Source: the human T2T-CHM13v2.0 reference genome, Homo sapiens. From it: a stretch of DNA of 64,000 nucleotides. The notes under the pieces were generated by a model, which searched no databases, was not told the origin of the DNA, and saw only the letters and a program-made list of their open reading frames with translations. Where the stretch lies: assembly GCF_009914755.1 (NCBI RefSeq), contig NC_060940.1; one strand, given 5' to 3'. Positions 43,306-59,769 of this stretch are shown one piece after another. The stretch's first letter is position 1, and the number at the start of each line of letters is the position of its first letter. The translations under genes were made by a program, and so were the position numbers.

Positions 43306-46283
43306 AATACCTTTCTAAGCTTAGTCCTATTCTGGGATCCTGACTGATCAAGCTTCAGAGGAAAAGATGGATTGTTTGAGTTTCTACTGTGTGTTCTCAG
43401 TCTCTACCAACAACCACACACAATAAAGTGGGTGTAAGCCAGTCTAATTAAAAAAAGTCTAGAAGTTTCTCCAATTAAAAAAAAAAGATAGTCAAGGAGT
43501 CATTCCTTTGTTATCATGTAGGACACTCTTTAAGGGGAAGTTATGTTTGGCTGACTCTGGGGGCTCTAACATGTACCCAGCCCTCTCATTTGAAAACACA
43601 CAGGAAGTTTTAAATTTCAGGGGGTCATAGACCCCTGGGAGACCATCCGTGGACATTCCTCTACAAACAAAGAGCTTCCTAAGCTAATTAACTGTGCATA
43701 GAAATCACTCTGAAGTAAGTAAAATTCTTACCTCTAAACAACGTCTACTAAATAGTTTTGTTTCTTATGGAGATGTTCCCATTTTGACAAAGTTACTTAG
43801 AAGGCTTGTGCAATTATGTCAACAACATCACCTCTGGGATTTTCATTCCTCATTAATGTGTCAAAATGACTATGACTATAGGAGAAGCTTCAGGGGAACT
43901 GAAAGGTTACCCTGGGATTTTCCCTGGGTAAACTTGGACAAGACATTTCCCCTTCTCAAGCGGCAGTTTCTTCATCTGTGAAATGAAAGGATTATGCTAT
44001 ATAATCTCTAAAGCTCCTTCTAGCACATGAGATAACTAACACTTACATCTCTGACCCTTCAAGAATTTTGATAGGCCTTCCCTGGAAAGAATTCAATAGC
44101 TAAATGTAGATGTTTATGGGAACAGAAGAGCAAGAGTTTCTGCAGACAAAACAAGGATGAACGAAGCCTGCGTTCCGACCAAGAACTGAAAATAAACCGG
44201 TGGCCTAATTTTGCCTCAGCCTCTGCTTTGAGAATTAAAAGACATTTTTGAGTGTAAAGAAATTCCTCAAAACTATCAACAGTGGTCAAAAACGAGCCAT
44301 CAGAAACTGCAAAGATCTGTTGCAAAATACCAGAAGAGAAGGCAGGAGTAGGTCTCTGTTTTCCTTCTGATTCCTCTGCTGACTTCATCACACTTTCTAT
44401 TGGCTATTTCTTTCCTTGTAACATGAAGGCTGGCCAAAATGGAATAGGAAAGGAAGAGGAAAAGGTGAATCCTCATTTGTTGGTGATTACTACAGACCAG
44501 GAGCTGTTCATATGTCATTTCATTTCTCATAGGAACTCATTATGAATAACGAGGACACGGAGACTTGGTGGTGATAAAAATCATGCAAAAAATAATCTGA
44601 ATAAACAGCATCATAACAGACACGTCTGCTGGCCCAGGGCCGTCTATTCTCAAACCCCAAATGGTTTTCAATAAATCAGGCTGCCTCCATGAAGTTCTGA
44701 TATACACTCTCCACAAAGATATTTCTGCATTTGGAAGCTAAAATGATCTGACATTTATCACGTGACTTAGGTTTGTAAAACACACCACCACTGAAAGGGC
44801 TATAGATCATGACTACAAAGACTAAGATGAGGGATGATACTAAAAGGCACACTTTGCCAGGGATGAATAGTATTATTCCATAATAAAGCACCGTATCGAA
44901 GATGAGAATTCTGGGCTATCCTTTTTCACTAACCAGCTAAGAATCTTGAACAACCGCTTCACATACCTAGGCTTCTATTCCTTTGCCCTTAAAACACAGT
45001 TGGATGGTATCATTAGACACCTTCCTCACTAGGCCTTTGTGATAAACAAAATAGTATATGTTAAGATGCCTTTAAGAGAACAAGGTGATGCTTTATGAAT
45101 GCAATGTTTGAGAAGTTTTAATGTATATTTTGAATTTTCCTTCCAGCCGTAGGTTCAGGTAACTAAAGCCCAAGCCAACTAACCAGACAATTACCTAACC
45201 TATAATTCACTTTTGATCGTGTTTGCATTCCTATGCCTACTAAAGAGTTAAATAAGAAATAAAAATAAAAGCAGATTTCAGATACTATTTCATTAGAAGA
45301 GCACATGTTCCCTGATTAATTAGAGTCCCAAACAATAGTTTCTAGTTTTACCTAGGTGGTTGAAAACCTCTCTGTTTATCTCAGAGTGGGAACTTCCTTT
45401 AGTCTAGCCCATATCTCTCTTCAGTGCCTTACTTCCAAACATCAGACTGTAGTAAGAATTTAAGGTTAGGAGCTCTCTGTCACATACCTAACAAGTGGTA
45501 TTATTATTCAAACTGAGGTCTGCGGGACTTAAAAGGTGACACTCTTTCCACAGATGCTACCCTCCCTCGTGTAGCAATAGAGACTAAACATGAGAAATAA
45601 AGCTTGAAATTCCACTTGTCTGATTAATACACAGTGCCTATCTGAAGATTTATGTTTGTTTTTCTACTAAATAAATGGTTACAGCATTTCCCCAGCCAAT
45701 AATACACTGGACTAATTAACACCAGCTTTCTTTCGAAGTCTACTGTATAGACAAAAATTCTATCCCTAGGGACCGATCCCTCAGAAAGGCCATGGAAAGA
45801 CTCTCTCAAGAGTCCTTCACCAAGAGACCCCTGAGAGCAACCACACATTGACACACTGTTGGCCGTTAACACCTTAGCAAAGATTAGCAGCATTTAGTTG
45901 TCAAGCAGAAAATAACATAGAATTGTCAAGAAGAAAATAGTATAGACAGAATGGAAGAAGAAAGGAAAAGAGACAGAGAAGAGGGAGGAGGGAAGGAAAA
46001 AGGAACGCAAAAATAAGAAGGGAAGAACAAAACTGTTGAGAGTCCATTATTTGGATAGGAAAGTATTTAAGGACCTGAAATATATATCTACATATACGTA
46101 TTTATGATATAGATATAGATCACAAAGAAGGAATGAGAACCATTTATATTACAGGCACGTGCTAAGTAACATACACATTGGTTCATTTAACAGCATACAG
46201 TGTGTTTTGTGTTCTACATTCACTATTTTTTCAAATGTTTAGATCAATTTTATGAGATATAATTACATATAATAAAAAGCAGA

Positions 46284-46580
46284 GGCTGGGGGCGGCAGCT
46301 CACGTCTTTTATCCCAGCACTTTGGAAGGCCAAGGCAGGAGGATCACTTGAACCCAGGAGTTTGAGACAAGCCTAGGCAATATAGTGAGACCTCCTCTCT
46401 ACAGAAAATTAGCTGGGTGTTATGGTGTGCACCTGTGGTCCCAGCTACTCAATAGGCTGAAGTGGGAGGATCTCTGAGCCCGGGAGGTGGAGACTACTGT
46501 GAGCCATCATTGCGCCACTGAACTCCAGCCTGGCCGACAAAGGGAGACCCTGCTCCAAAAAAAATAAAATAGAACAGAAT
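46284..46580 (+). mobile_element. AluJ
   Basis: J-type diagnostics; TSD ending AAAGCAGA on both sides. Confidence 0.92.
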
Positions 46581-48033
46581 AAATAAAGCAGAGTTTGATG
46601 AGTTATTCACGTAGGTCAGGATCACTATAATCATGATACAGAACATTTTTGTCACTCTAAAATCTTCCCTCATTCCCTTTTTATGTCACCTCTTAACCTC
46701 CAGCTTCAGGCCATCGACTAATTTGATTTCACTGTCTATAAATTTGTCTTTTTCTGTACACTTCACATAAATGAAATTGTACAATATGTAGCTGTTTTCA
46801 TCAGGCTTCTTCCACTTAGTACAATGTTTCTGAGCTCTGTTCCTGTTGTAACATTTCTCAGTATTTCATTCCTGTTTTTGCTCTGAATAGTATTCCATTG
46901 TATGAACTTATTCATTCTTCTGTTGATGAATTGTTTCCACTTTGGGGGCATTATAAATAAAGCTACTATGAGCATTAAGATGCAAATCTTTGTGTGAACA
47001 TTTGCTTTTATTTCTCTTGGGTAAGGATCTAGGAGTAGAACTGCTGGGTTGTTTAAGTGCATGATTAACCTTTCAAGAAACTGCCAAACAGTTTTCAAAA
47101 CTGGTTGTGGCATTTTATACTCCCTTCAGCAATGCATGAGTATTCTAGTGGCTTCACATCTTTGCCAACACTTCTTGTTGTCAGTCTTTTTAATATCACA
47201 CATTCAGTGGGAGGGTTGTCACGTCTCATTTTGGTTTTAGTTCACATTTTCCTGATGACCAGTAATGTTGAGCAGCTTTTCATATGCTTATTAACCATTC
47301 ACATATCTTCTTTTCTGAAGTGTTAGTTCATATATTTTGCCCTTTTTTAAAATTAGGTTATTCATTTTCTCATTGAGTTGTAAGAGTTTCTAAATATTCT
47401 AGTCTTTAATTCTTTGACAGATACACACATTACGTTTTCCAAGTCTGTGGCTTAATGCATTTTATTTTCTGAATGGTGCCTTTTAAAAAGAAAACATTTT
47501 AAATTCTGATAAAGTTCAATTAATCTTTTAAAAGATTTTATGGTTTCTGATTGTTATACCATATGTAATAAATCTTAGCTTACACCCAGGTCACAGAGAT
47601 TTTCTGTGTTCTATCTTCTAGCTTGAGGTTTTACCTTTAAGTTTACTAGTCTAATTAATTTTTGTATACGCTGTGAGGTCAGGATCAAAGTTTTTAAAAT
47701 CTCATTTTGATATATAACAAATGGTGTACTTTTCATTATATTTTTGAAAAGAATATCTTTTCTCCATTGAATTACCCTAGTTCCATTGTGTGGGTCTATT
47801 TCTGGATTCAGCATTCTATTTAATTAATCTATATATGTCTATGCTTATGTTAATACCACATTGTCTTGATCACTACAGATAAAAATCTTAGTAGTTCTTA
47901 AAATTATGTAATGCGTATCATCCAACTTTGTTCTTTTCTGAAATTGCTTTGACTATTATGATTATTTTATATTTCTGTACCATAAAATTATAAAGTTGAC
48001 TTGTCAATTTCTCCAAAAGAATTCCTGCTGGGA

Positions 48034-49812
<1,779 letters not shown>

Positions 49813-51204
49813 AAAAAATTCCTGCCAGGATTTTGATTGCAATTGCAGTGAATCTAGAGATCAATTTGGGGAGATCCAAATTGGGGAGGTTCTCAATATT
49901 GAATTTTTGAATCCATGAACATATTATATCTCTCCATTTATTTTATTCAATTATATTTTTAAGAATCTGGATGATAAGCTGACTTAGGGTTAGGTCTGAA
50001 AGATATCTAAGTGGTCACTAAACCCAAATCATTTATTTTATATGTAATAAACATTTTTTCATATAGGTGCCTAGTCTTTCTTTTCCATCCAACTAGCCAA
50101 AACGTTTTTGATTGTCAGTCTAGTATTCTTTTTCTTGCTCATTGAAGGTTAATTTGAGTTAAATAATAAAGTACTCAAAGGAAAGAGATAAAAATTTTTT
50201 TTTAAATGTTGAGTACGCTTAGGGTTGAGGCCGATTCTTCCCTATAGCACATGCATTCGTGTGTGGGCAAACACACACACAGTGCACACACAGACACCAT
50301 CAAACCTCTGCTCAGAGAAAGATGCTAAAATATAGGAGGAAAGTGACTGGAAAAAGAAGCAGGAGAACTAAATATAAATGTGGACTGCATATTTGAGTTC
50401 TCTGCCATGGGTTTCAGTCAATGCCAGTCATACCTGTGGGTGATAAACTGTGATTCCTGAAGGTGATGCTGCCACAAGACTGAACCATTTGGGTTTCTGG
50501 ATTTGTAAAGATCCCATACAAATAAAGGAATCATACACCTGGGAAAGGTCTAGTTTTACTTAACAGTAAGGCAGAATCAGATCTGAATCTGAGGCTGGCC
50601 TCATTCTGAGCAGAGAGTCCTATGTAGATGTCCCCAGGTGAATGGAGCTCTGGCCCTGCCCTTCATAAGCCCTACTGTATGGAGCTGTGTGTACACAGCA
50701 CATATCATGTGATCCTGAAGCACCCAGGTAGCAGTATTTTCATGACCAGTTTCTCTACAGACAAGGCTAAGAAGCATTAGTATGGCTGTCCTCCTATTTA
50801 ACTATTTAAATACTTCCATATGTGATGGAAGCCAAATGTCATAATCAACAGCCATTTCTTCCAAGGACTTTCCCCCAGCCTATAAGGCCTCCAGATGCCC
50901 TAGATGTACCAAACAACATTGCCGCATGATCCAGCAACCAAGGGTTAAAGGTTGGCACAGCTGGCCCCCATTCCCAAACCCAGGGGTATGGCTTTTATCC
51001 ATGCTGACTGGTACCCATGTCATACTAATTGTTATATATTTTATATATCATCACTTTCTACAGAAATGTTTTAGAAGACATTTAATTTCACAATACCCAT
51101 TTCCTAATATTTCCAGCCTATGCACTCCTTTTTATTCTCATAGTCCCTATCTCTGACCTAGAAGCTTATAAAAGTGAGCATCTCATAGCTATAAAAAACA
51201 TAAA

Positions 51205-51355
51205 GTCACTATCATTGATTAAGCACTTACTATATTCTAACTCTTTATGGTCACAATTTCATTTAATCCCCAAATAAACCCACAGAGCAGGCCCTTGGGT
51301 CCTCATTTAACAAATGAAGAGCCTGAGGCTCAGAATGGTTGAATAACTTTCTCCA
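51205..51355 (-). mobile_element. MIR SINE
   Basis: CTCATTTAACAAATGAAGAGCCTGAGGCTCAGAATGGTTGAATAACTT. Confidence 0.7.
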
Positions 51356-52145
51356 CGCCAACATCTGGGCTCCTTTCAGTTTGAATCTTTCTACGATGCC
51401 TCATCACGTTTTCCGTTTTGTGTAACGAAAGAGATTTAAAAATAAAAGTTTCAATTAAAACTATGAGGATCATCCTCAAAGGTTCCAATTCACATTAAAA
51501 TGCTAATCACTTTGTCATTTTTAATGTGTTTACCAACTCATACTTTTATATAAAAATATAAAAGTACCTAGATACGATTCTGGCAGTAGCCTGACTGCTT
51601 CTCACTACAGTGGGGACTGTCATCTCATGTGCTGGGAACGTGAAGTCACCTCCTTTACGCACTGCACTAATAAAATAATTCACTTTTGCACTCCAAATCT
51701 TACGCTTGTATTTATTTATATTCTCAACCATCATTTTTTTCATGCTTTTACACTCCCTTGTTATAAAATAATACATAGATTTAATAGAGATGGGCTTTGT
51801 CACAGTAAGAGGGCTGGATTTAGTGGTTTCTAGGGGGGTATTATTTGGGATAACTAACTGAAACCAAAGCACATTACCATTCCTTGCCTGCAACAATAAA
51901 CACTGGGTCTTCAAAGGCTGACCAAGTTTCCAATGATTCCCAACAATAGCAGTTGTCATTTTCAAATGATGGTCCTTTTGAAACGCCAAGTGGAGTGAAG
52001 AAAAAGTGCGTGCTATTGCTGATTAGACAGGAATATGACTTGCAGCAGCCTATGGTACTCTCTTGTCTGCAAATTTTCTGCCCTGATTAATTACAAAGAG
52101 TGCCAGAGTGTGTTGACGTTAGTTAAAAGCATTTGCTCTTTCCAG

Positions 52146-52183
52146 CCTGTCGTTATACCCGAATTAAGGATTTCTGTGTCAAG
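52146..52183 (+). other. Candidate 38-nt exon (unverified)
   Basis: Acceptor CATTTGCTCTTTCCAG, donor AAG|GTGAGG, branch-like TTGAC at 52113. Confidence 0.25.
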
Positions 52184-52619
52184 GTGAGGTCAGGAGAGTT
52201 CAGATCTGTTTTCCACTGATAAATCTTGCTGTCCCATAAGGATTAAAGGAACTCAAGGCTTTCATATGTAAAACTAATACATGATGGCCTATGTGTTTAC
52301 GTCCCCATGATCAAAGAGCTCTTGGCCAAGTGGGAATGCCTCAAAGAGATAAGTAATTTGTTCACTACAAACATTACAATTCTCTATCCCTCTACAAAGT
52401 ACTGAAAATAAATTCTCTGATCAGAGTTAATTAGCATCCTCGTTGCTTTGGGTTGAGCTGACTAGTTCTCTTAAAGGCACACGAACATGAAAATTACAAG
52501 GCTTTTCTGAGCCAGCTTCTTAAATTCTATCAAAGATAGTTGGTGTATCCACCCATCAATTAGCTTCAACCCATTTACTTTAATCAAATTAATTGAATAA
52601 AATTTATTGCACTCCTTCT

Positions 52620-52880
52620 CTGTATTCATGAACCCTTCCATGCTTCTATTTGTTGACTCTTTACTCTGTGCCAAGTGCCTTTTAGAGAGCCTAATGCCCT
52701 CAAATTCACAATACAGCATGAGGTGTCAGAGAGAGGAATTAGCACAAGCAGTCAGAGGCCAAGAGAGATGGAAATGACCTATCTTAGGTGATGTTCAAGA
52801 CTGGCTTGGAAGAATGAGTAGGAATTTAGTAGGTTTATATGAGAAAGAAGGGCATTTCAAGAAACAAAACCAATAAAGGC
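52620..52880 (-). mobile_element. L2 LINE 3' fragment
   Basis: TATTTGTTGACTCTTTACTCTGTGCCAAGTGCC...CTTGGAAGAATGAGTAGGAATTTAGTAGG...AAGGGCATTTCAAG. Confidence 0.6.
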
Positions 52881-53953
52881 ATGTGAAATAATAACCTTGG
52901 ATTCACACTGCTAGACTTTCCTTCTTAGTAAGTTGTCCATCAACTTTAAATGAACTTAGGAATGAAAAAAATCAAGGCTATTTCCCTTTAACTCTTTTAA
53001 AGGACAGGGGTAGAGACCAACAATGGAGTAAGAACTCTCGGTATCAAGTCCCAGTTGTTCCTGCTAAATCCATGCTGCATGACATTTGGCTTCTCCAAGC
53101 ATCTGTTCCCTAACTTAGCAAATGGAAGTAATATCTCTTCCATAGCTTTTCAAAAGCTGGCCATTGTAATAAAAAATAACCCAAATCAAGTCATTAACGA
53201 CTTTATCTATAAATGACCTAATGGAGGTCCACAAAGAGCTTACCAGAACTTTTGTGTCACATTGCTGGTGCACGTTCCAATTGTGGGAACTCATCTGGGT
53301 GTAGACTCCTTACATGGACCTCTTCAGGTATTGCTAGAGTCATCAAATTCAGGCTTTGCCAATACTTTTTTCCCCCAGTTTTCAAAATAGTCATCAAAGT
53401 TATGTGTTAACCAAGTCATATACATGCACATCTACACGTTTGTTTCTGAGTTACAGTAAAGCTATAGGATAATTTGGGCATGAAAACAATTTCTACATGA
53501 CCTTGCCAGAATAGACGAGACATTGTGCAAAGCAATGAGTATATTGTCGTCATCTAATTTGCTTAAACAATCTAACATTATATTGCTCAACAAGGAATCC
53601 TTTGTACATCCTCTTAGAGTGTGCAAAATCCTTTCACTTGCATTATTTTATTTCATATTTACTGTAGACTATAAGGAAAATATATCAGAGGGCAGTGGTT
53701 ATTATCTCTAGTTACAGAAAAGGAAATATAGTCTCAGAAAGGTCAAGAAAGCTGCTGGAGACTGTAATTAAAATATGATGACACCTACTCCAAAGACAGT
53801 ACTGTTTCCACTATAGCACACTGCCTTCTCTGATCAGCAAATGCACAAGAAAGACCATTGACACACAGACCCTAACCACAGAATTCCAACCTACCAGCAA
53901 CCCTAACAAGTTCCTACTAACTCAAAATGGTGGAGAAAAACAAGAGCTTAGAC

Positions 53954-54168
53954 TAGTCGTTCTCAGCCAAGGGTGATTTTGGACCTGTGGGGGCATTTTT
54001 CAATGTCTGGGGACATTTTGATTGTCACAACTGGGGAGTGGGGTGCTATTGGCATCTAGTGGGTAGAGGTGAGGGATACCACTGAACATCCTACAATCAC
54101 AGGACAGTCCCTTCAACAAAGAGTGATCTGGCCCATAATGTCAACAGCGCTGTGGTTGAGAAACCCTA
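53954..54168 (+). mobile_element. MER20 hAT-Charlie MITE, full length
   Basis: MER20 consensus match with terminal inverted ends; 8-bp TSD GCTTAGAC/GCTTAGAA. Confidence 0.92.
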
Positions 54169-55488
54169 GCTTAGAATAACTGCCCTTAGGATGGCAGGAG
54201 AAAGGAAGGAATATAGATTGCTTTTCCCATTGACACAAGATAATTTAGCACCATACAGGATGAGCCACTTCCAGCCTTATGGGATGCTCTGCCTATCAGG
54301 TCTGGGTGGTGGTGTGGGAAAGGATGTCCTAATATTTTGCTAAGAGATATTCCTCATTTTATGTAGGGAATAAATAGAAAAATAAATGCCAACATATTGA
54401 AATTCAGATTCAGTTTACAGGTAACTTTTTAATTCAGGATGCACTTATTCTTAATATCTTTGAATATCAGATGATAAATTACCCACTATGTGTAGGATTC
54501 ATGATATACTAGGGAATATTTAGATTGCTCCCCTGATCTCATGAAGAGTACAGAAAAATTAACATAACTCAATTAATGACAAGAAACATCGAAGGGGAAA
54601 ATCTGAAATGTCAACATAAGCTTTTTAAACTTTAAGATCAAAATATATTCTCAGAAATATTTTTTATTATTATGTCCTATGAAAAGAGAAACAATAGACT
54701 CTCCATGCTTGAATAGTTTCCTTTTAACATAGTAAAGGAGTTATCAAAATATTTAAAATATTAGCAGCTTATTAATTCAATATTATAATTGTTATATAGG
54801 CAGTTTGTAATCCCTGAAACTCAAAGTAGGCTAAATATAAGCTTACGATGATTTTACACACACGTCTTTTTTCCAAAGTGCAACCGCCAAACAAATGGTA
54901 GCTGGGATGAGTGTTCCATTTTCACCACGAAACTGTAAATCCATCGTCTATGAGAGAACTATAAATTATGCATTCTGGGGAAATTCCTCTCATTTGGCCT
55001 GCTGGGGAAATCCAAGAAAAGCAGTAGGAAAAATGACTTACTACCTCTCAACACTGACCTGAAACTTGTACAGATACTTCATTGCTAGAGAGGAGAACCG
55101 GCAGAATGTGAGCGATTCAGCAGCAAAGCTCAAAATGAACTTCTAGGAGTGATGAAGAGGAGACAGAGGTAGAAAACAGACTCCAGTATTTTCATTTTTC
55201 CCCCTAATCCAAGATACCTCTGGACAACCTGATTTGCATTCCTTGAAATACATTGATTTGACACATCGGGATATTACACACCACGGCGTAGAAAGGAATC
55301 AGGTGTTACCTATGTCTTCCATATCTGGTTCTTGGCAAAAGGATATCTTTGCATATTAAGTGCCAAATGCATAAGATACAAAGTGCATGAAAAAAATTAA
55401 TCAATCAACTCTGAGATGATTAGCCAAGGTCTTTTCATATGTTGTCCAGACAATAAATACAATGTTTAAGAAATGGGGATATGAGAAA

Positions 55489-55780
55489 TTTTTTTTTTTG
55501 AGACAGTCTCCTCTGTCGCCCTGGCTGAAGAGCAGTGGTGTGATCTCAGCTCACTACAACCATTGCCTCCAGGTTCAAGCGATTATTGTGCCTCAGCCTC
55601 CCAAATAGCTGGGATTACAGACGAGCCACCATGCCCAGCTAATTTTTGTATTTTTAGTAGAAACGGGGTTTTGCCATGTTGGCCAGGCTGCTCTTGAACT
55701 CCTGATCTCAAGTGATTCGCCTGCCTTTGCCTCCCAAAGTGATGTGCTGGGATTACAGTCGTGAGCCACCGTGCCCAGCC
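55489..55780 (-). mobile_element. AluS
   Basis: Full dimeric Alu. Confidence 0.95.
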
Positions 55781-56023
55781 GAGATTGAATATTTGCTAAT
55801 ACACCAAGAATAGTCCGTCCCTTAGATTAAGTGAAGTTTGGGTCAAAAGAGCCACTGGTCATCTTTGACCAGGAATGGGATTACAGAAAGTAGTGTAAGT
55901 TATTTTTCTGCAACATGAAAGTATCAATACCTATTTCACAGGATAGCCAAATTTGTTAAACTAGACACTCTGTGTAAAGGGGTTACAGCATAGGCCTGTT
56001 TTATAAATGTTTCAGAATAAATG

Positions 56024-56370
56024 TGTCTCACCGTGTTCAGGCTGCTATAACAAAATACCATAAAGTAACTTATAAACACAGAAATTAATTTCCCACTGCT
56101 CTGGAGGCTGGGAAGTCCAAGATCAAGGTGCCAGCAGATTTAGTGAATAGTTAGGGCCTGTTTCCTGTTTCACAGACAGCGCCTTCTTGCTGTGTCCTCA
56201 CATGGTGGAAGGAATGGGGCAACCCTCTGGAGCCTCTTTTATAAGGGCACTAACCTTATGACCTAATTATCTCCCAAAAGGACCCAACACCTAAGACCAT
56301 CACCTTGGTGATTGGGACTTCAACCTATGACTTTTGAGGAAACACAAACACAAACATCCAGACCATATCA
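56024..56370 (-). mobile_element. MLT1A-type solo LTR
   Basis: GTTCAGGCTGCTATAACAAAATACC...GGAGGCTGGGAAGTCCAAGATCAAGGTGCCAGCAGAT...CAAACATCCAGACCATATCA. Confidence 0.9.
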
Positions 56371-56529
56371 GGATGCAAGTAGGAAAAGAGATGGATAGGT
56401 ATGCTCCATGTAGCTCCAGAGCAGAGATACAGGACTGATGTGAGAGCATGACAAGATGGGGAAGTCTGGCTCACATGGGAGAATATATAGGGGGAAGTTC
56501 GGCTCATGCGGGGGAATATAGTTAAGAGA

Positions 56530-56725
56530 CTAGGCTCAGAAATCTAACCTTGTGTGACCTTGGGTAAGTACATTGATTTCAGTGAGCTTCTATTTGCTTC
56601 TCTGTAAAGTGGAAATACTATTAGTGCCTTTCTCAGTGTACAAATAATTTACACAAAGCAAAATGCTTAGGGAATTGGTCTGACAGATGTTTTAAAAACC
56701 CACTCTATAAATGTTAGTTATTATT
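56530..56725 (+). mobile_element. MIR SINE
   Basis: TGTGTGACCTTGGGTAAGTACATTGATTTCAGTGAGC...TCTGTAAAGTGG...ATAAATGTTAGTTATT. Confidence 0.75.
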
Positions 56726-58622
56726 CTATTATTACTATAATCATTACTAGCAAAGACTAGCCCACACTATTCTCATTCAGAATGTTTTGAGACATAATGA
56801 GTTCTCATTATTGGTCATACTTAGCCAGAGCTGGGAAAATCACCATTTAAGAAAGCCATGCCTGGGCTAGAAGGTTGCTAAAACCCCAAGCATCTCATAA
56901 TTTTCATCGTAACTGGAAGCCAAATTCGTACCTGCTGAAATATGCAGAACTTTCAGAAAGTCCCCCTGCTTTAAATTCTCAACAGAGCCAAGTCATAAAA
57001 TTGCACTTATTTCTCTGGTCCATTTCTTGGCAGGCAGGCCCTTCAGCATCCTGTAGCAAACTCCCCAAACCTCAGCAATATGTTAGAGCATTTCCCATCA
57101 CAGTGCCTCCTAATAAAGTGCAAGACAAATTGGTAGCCGGGGGAGAGAAGTGCCTTGTGTTACATTTTGTGTTCTTTTAACTACTCCATCTGTGATTTAC
57201 AGCTCAACAGAGGGGTAGAGATATTATTCAGGGATGAGGGAGCTGGGTGAGTAAAATGTTGAGAATGAAAGGCAAAGTATCACGTAGTAGCTGCACACAC
57301 GAAGACACTTGGCTATTTAGTTTGCAGGAAGCAGAAGCTAAGAGAACCAAGGTGATGGAACAGAGGACAGCATTTGAATGTGTGGCTGAATTTACATAAA
57401 CAAACGGGAAAATTGCACAAGTGCATGACCAGTTTTGCCTGTTAGCTGTAAAATCATGATGAAGGTTATCTCAGGACCCCACACAAAGCTTAGCTTGTTC
57501 ATCTGTGGACTTAATTCTGATGAAGAAGAAAGAACTCAATAGACATTTTTGTGGGTCTTTCATATACACATCCCCTCAGATGTCAAGTTTATATACTTCT
57601 TTTCAAAACTGGAATCTCCCAGATCTGAAACTTCAGGAATAAGGGAGTGATTTTAATGCCTTTAACCAACATTTTGTCAAATGTCTTGTTTATTAATCAT
57701 TATTCTAAAGGTGCTCATGTATCTTCTTAGCTTTCTCTGTAAAGATTTAACTTTTTATATCAGAAGATCCAAGAACATAATTATGTCTTAGCTAAGAAGT
57801 TGATATATTTGTAAATTAAGCTACAAATTGTTTGTACACATACATGGAAGTAAAAACATTCTTTAGAACATCTGATTTTACCTAATTACACTGAGGCATG
57901 TTGCATTTCAGATTTTTTTGAAGAAAAGCCAGAGCCCCAACAATTTAACGTAAAATTCTAGTTCGATGATTAAATATCTGCTTGATTGGATACACATAGA
58001 ACACAATGGGATGGTGAAAGATCAGGGCCTACCTTTCTATGACACAGAAAAAACATATTAAAAGGATCTCAGGGCTGGATATAATACACACCTGAGTCCA
58101 TCTGTCATATGAGATCATTGTCAATTCACTCCTGGATGTATAGTTTCTGCCTCTGAACTCCATAAAGAACATTTTTGTGGTGGCCAAACTCCATTTATTG
58201 ATGGATCACTTTCTGTAGACGGGAATCAGAAAACAAATTTAAATCTCCAAATATGACCCATAGCCATACATTATCATGTCAAACAGAAATACATCTGTTC
58301 TAAGAATAATGTGGCCAGCTATACTATGTTAAGAAAGTTGGTATTGCTTCTTCATTTTACTCAATCATGATTTGAATTCAGCAAAATACAAAATTACTCA
58401 AACATTACTAAGATGACTTGGGTTGATAAATTCATTACCAGGGATGGAAACACAGGATGAAAAGCTTCCTCTTTATGGAAATTGCTGGAGTTCTGAACCT
58501 TCACTACTAAGATTTCATCTACACTGTTGTTTCTTCATTGAGCAAATAATTTTCAAATACTATGTTCTAGTTACTAAACTTCTTCAAACTTCAACATGCA
58601 TTTTTCATTAGATACAATCTAG

Positions 58623-58940
58623 GGCCAGGCATGGTGGCTCAAACGTGTAATCCCAACACTTTGGAGGCCAAGATGAAAGGATTGCTTGAGGCCAGGAGTT
58701 CAAAACCAGCCTGGGCAACATTTCAAGATTCCATCTCTACAAAAAATACAAAAATTAGCTGGATATGGTGGTGTATGCCTGTAGTCCCAGCTACTCAGGA
58801 GACTGAGGTAGGAAGATTGCTTGAGCCTGGGAAGTCAAGGCTGCAGTGAGCTGTGAGGGCACCACCTGCAACCCAGTCTTGGTGACAGAGCATGACCCTA
58901 TATCAAGAAAAAAAGAAAAAGAAAAAAGACCAAAAAAAAA
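58623..58940 (+). mobile_element. AluJ
   Basis: J diagnostics AGGATTGCTTGAGGCCAGGAG and GTCAAGGCTGCAGTGAGC. Confidence 0.93.
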
Positions 58941-59427
58941 GACAAAATCCAGTTTCGAGGAATAGTGAAGAAAGTAATACAAATAACTAAGATAGAAACA
59001 AACAAATTATTCCTTTCACTCAAAAAGGAAAAGCAGGTGTGCTCAGCGAGGGTTAGTCTTGGCATTCCAGTTGGATCCCGCACTTGATGAAGATGACCAT
59101 AGGTCTTACTTCCCACCCCAACTGAGCCATATCCAAAGTGGAGCAGAATGACGGATAGCTCATCCAGAAGTGGGACTCTGAGAAGAGGAGCAAAGAGGCT
59201 GACTGGCCCAAGTAGCCATGAAGTAAAAGGAAGAGAGTAGTTAGGATATTTTGGAATAGTTTCTCTACTGACTATCGGGAAAAGACGGTCAGTGCTGAAA
59301 TCCATGTCATGTGATGCATTTCCATTGAAGGGTGGGGTTGGGACCATTGAAGACAGTGCAGGAGCCATTCTTTCACCTGTCACAACAAAGATTCTGTAAT
59401 AGAGGATAGGATCTGAACTTAAAATAA

Positions 59428-59769
<342 letters not shown>

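Noticed and set aside
43905-43932. Imperfect palindrome centred on kB-like GGGATTTTCC
   Set aside because: Single site at the edge of a MIR fragment; insufficient evidence of function
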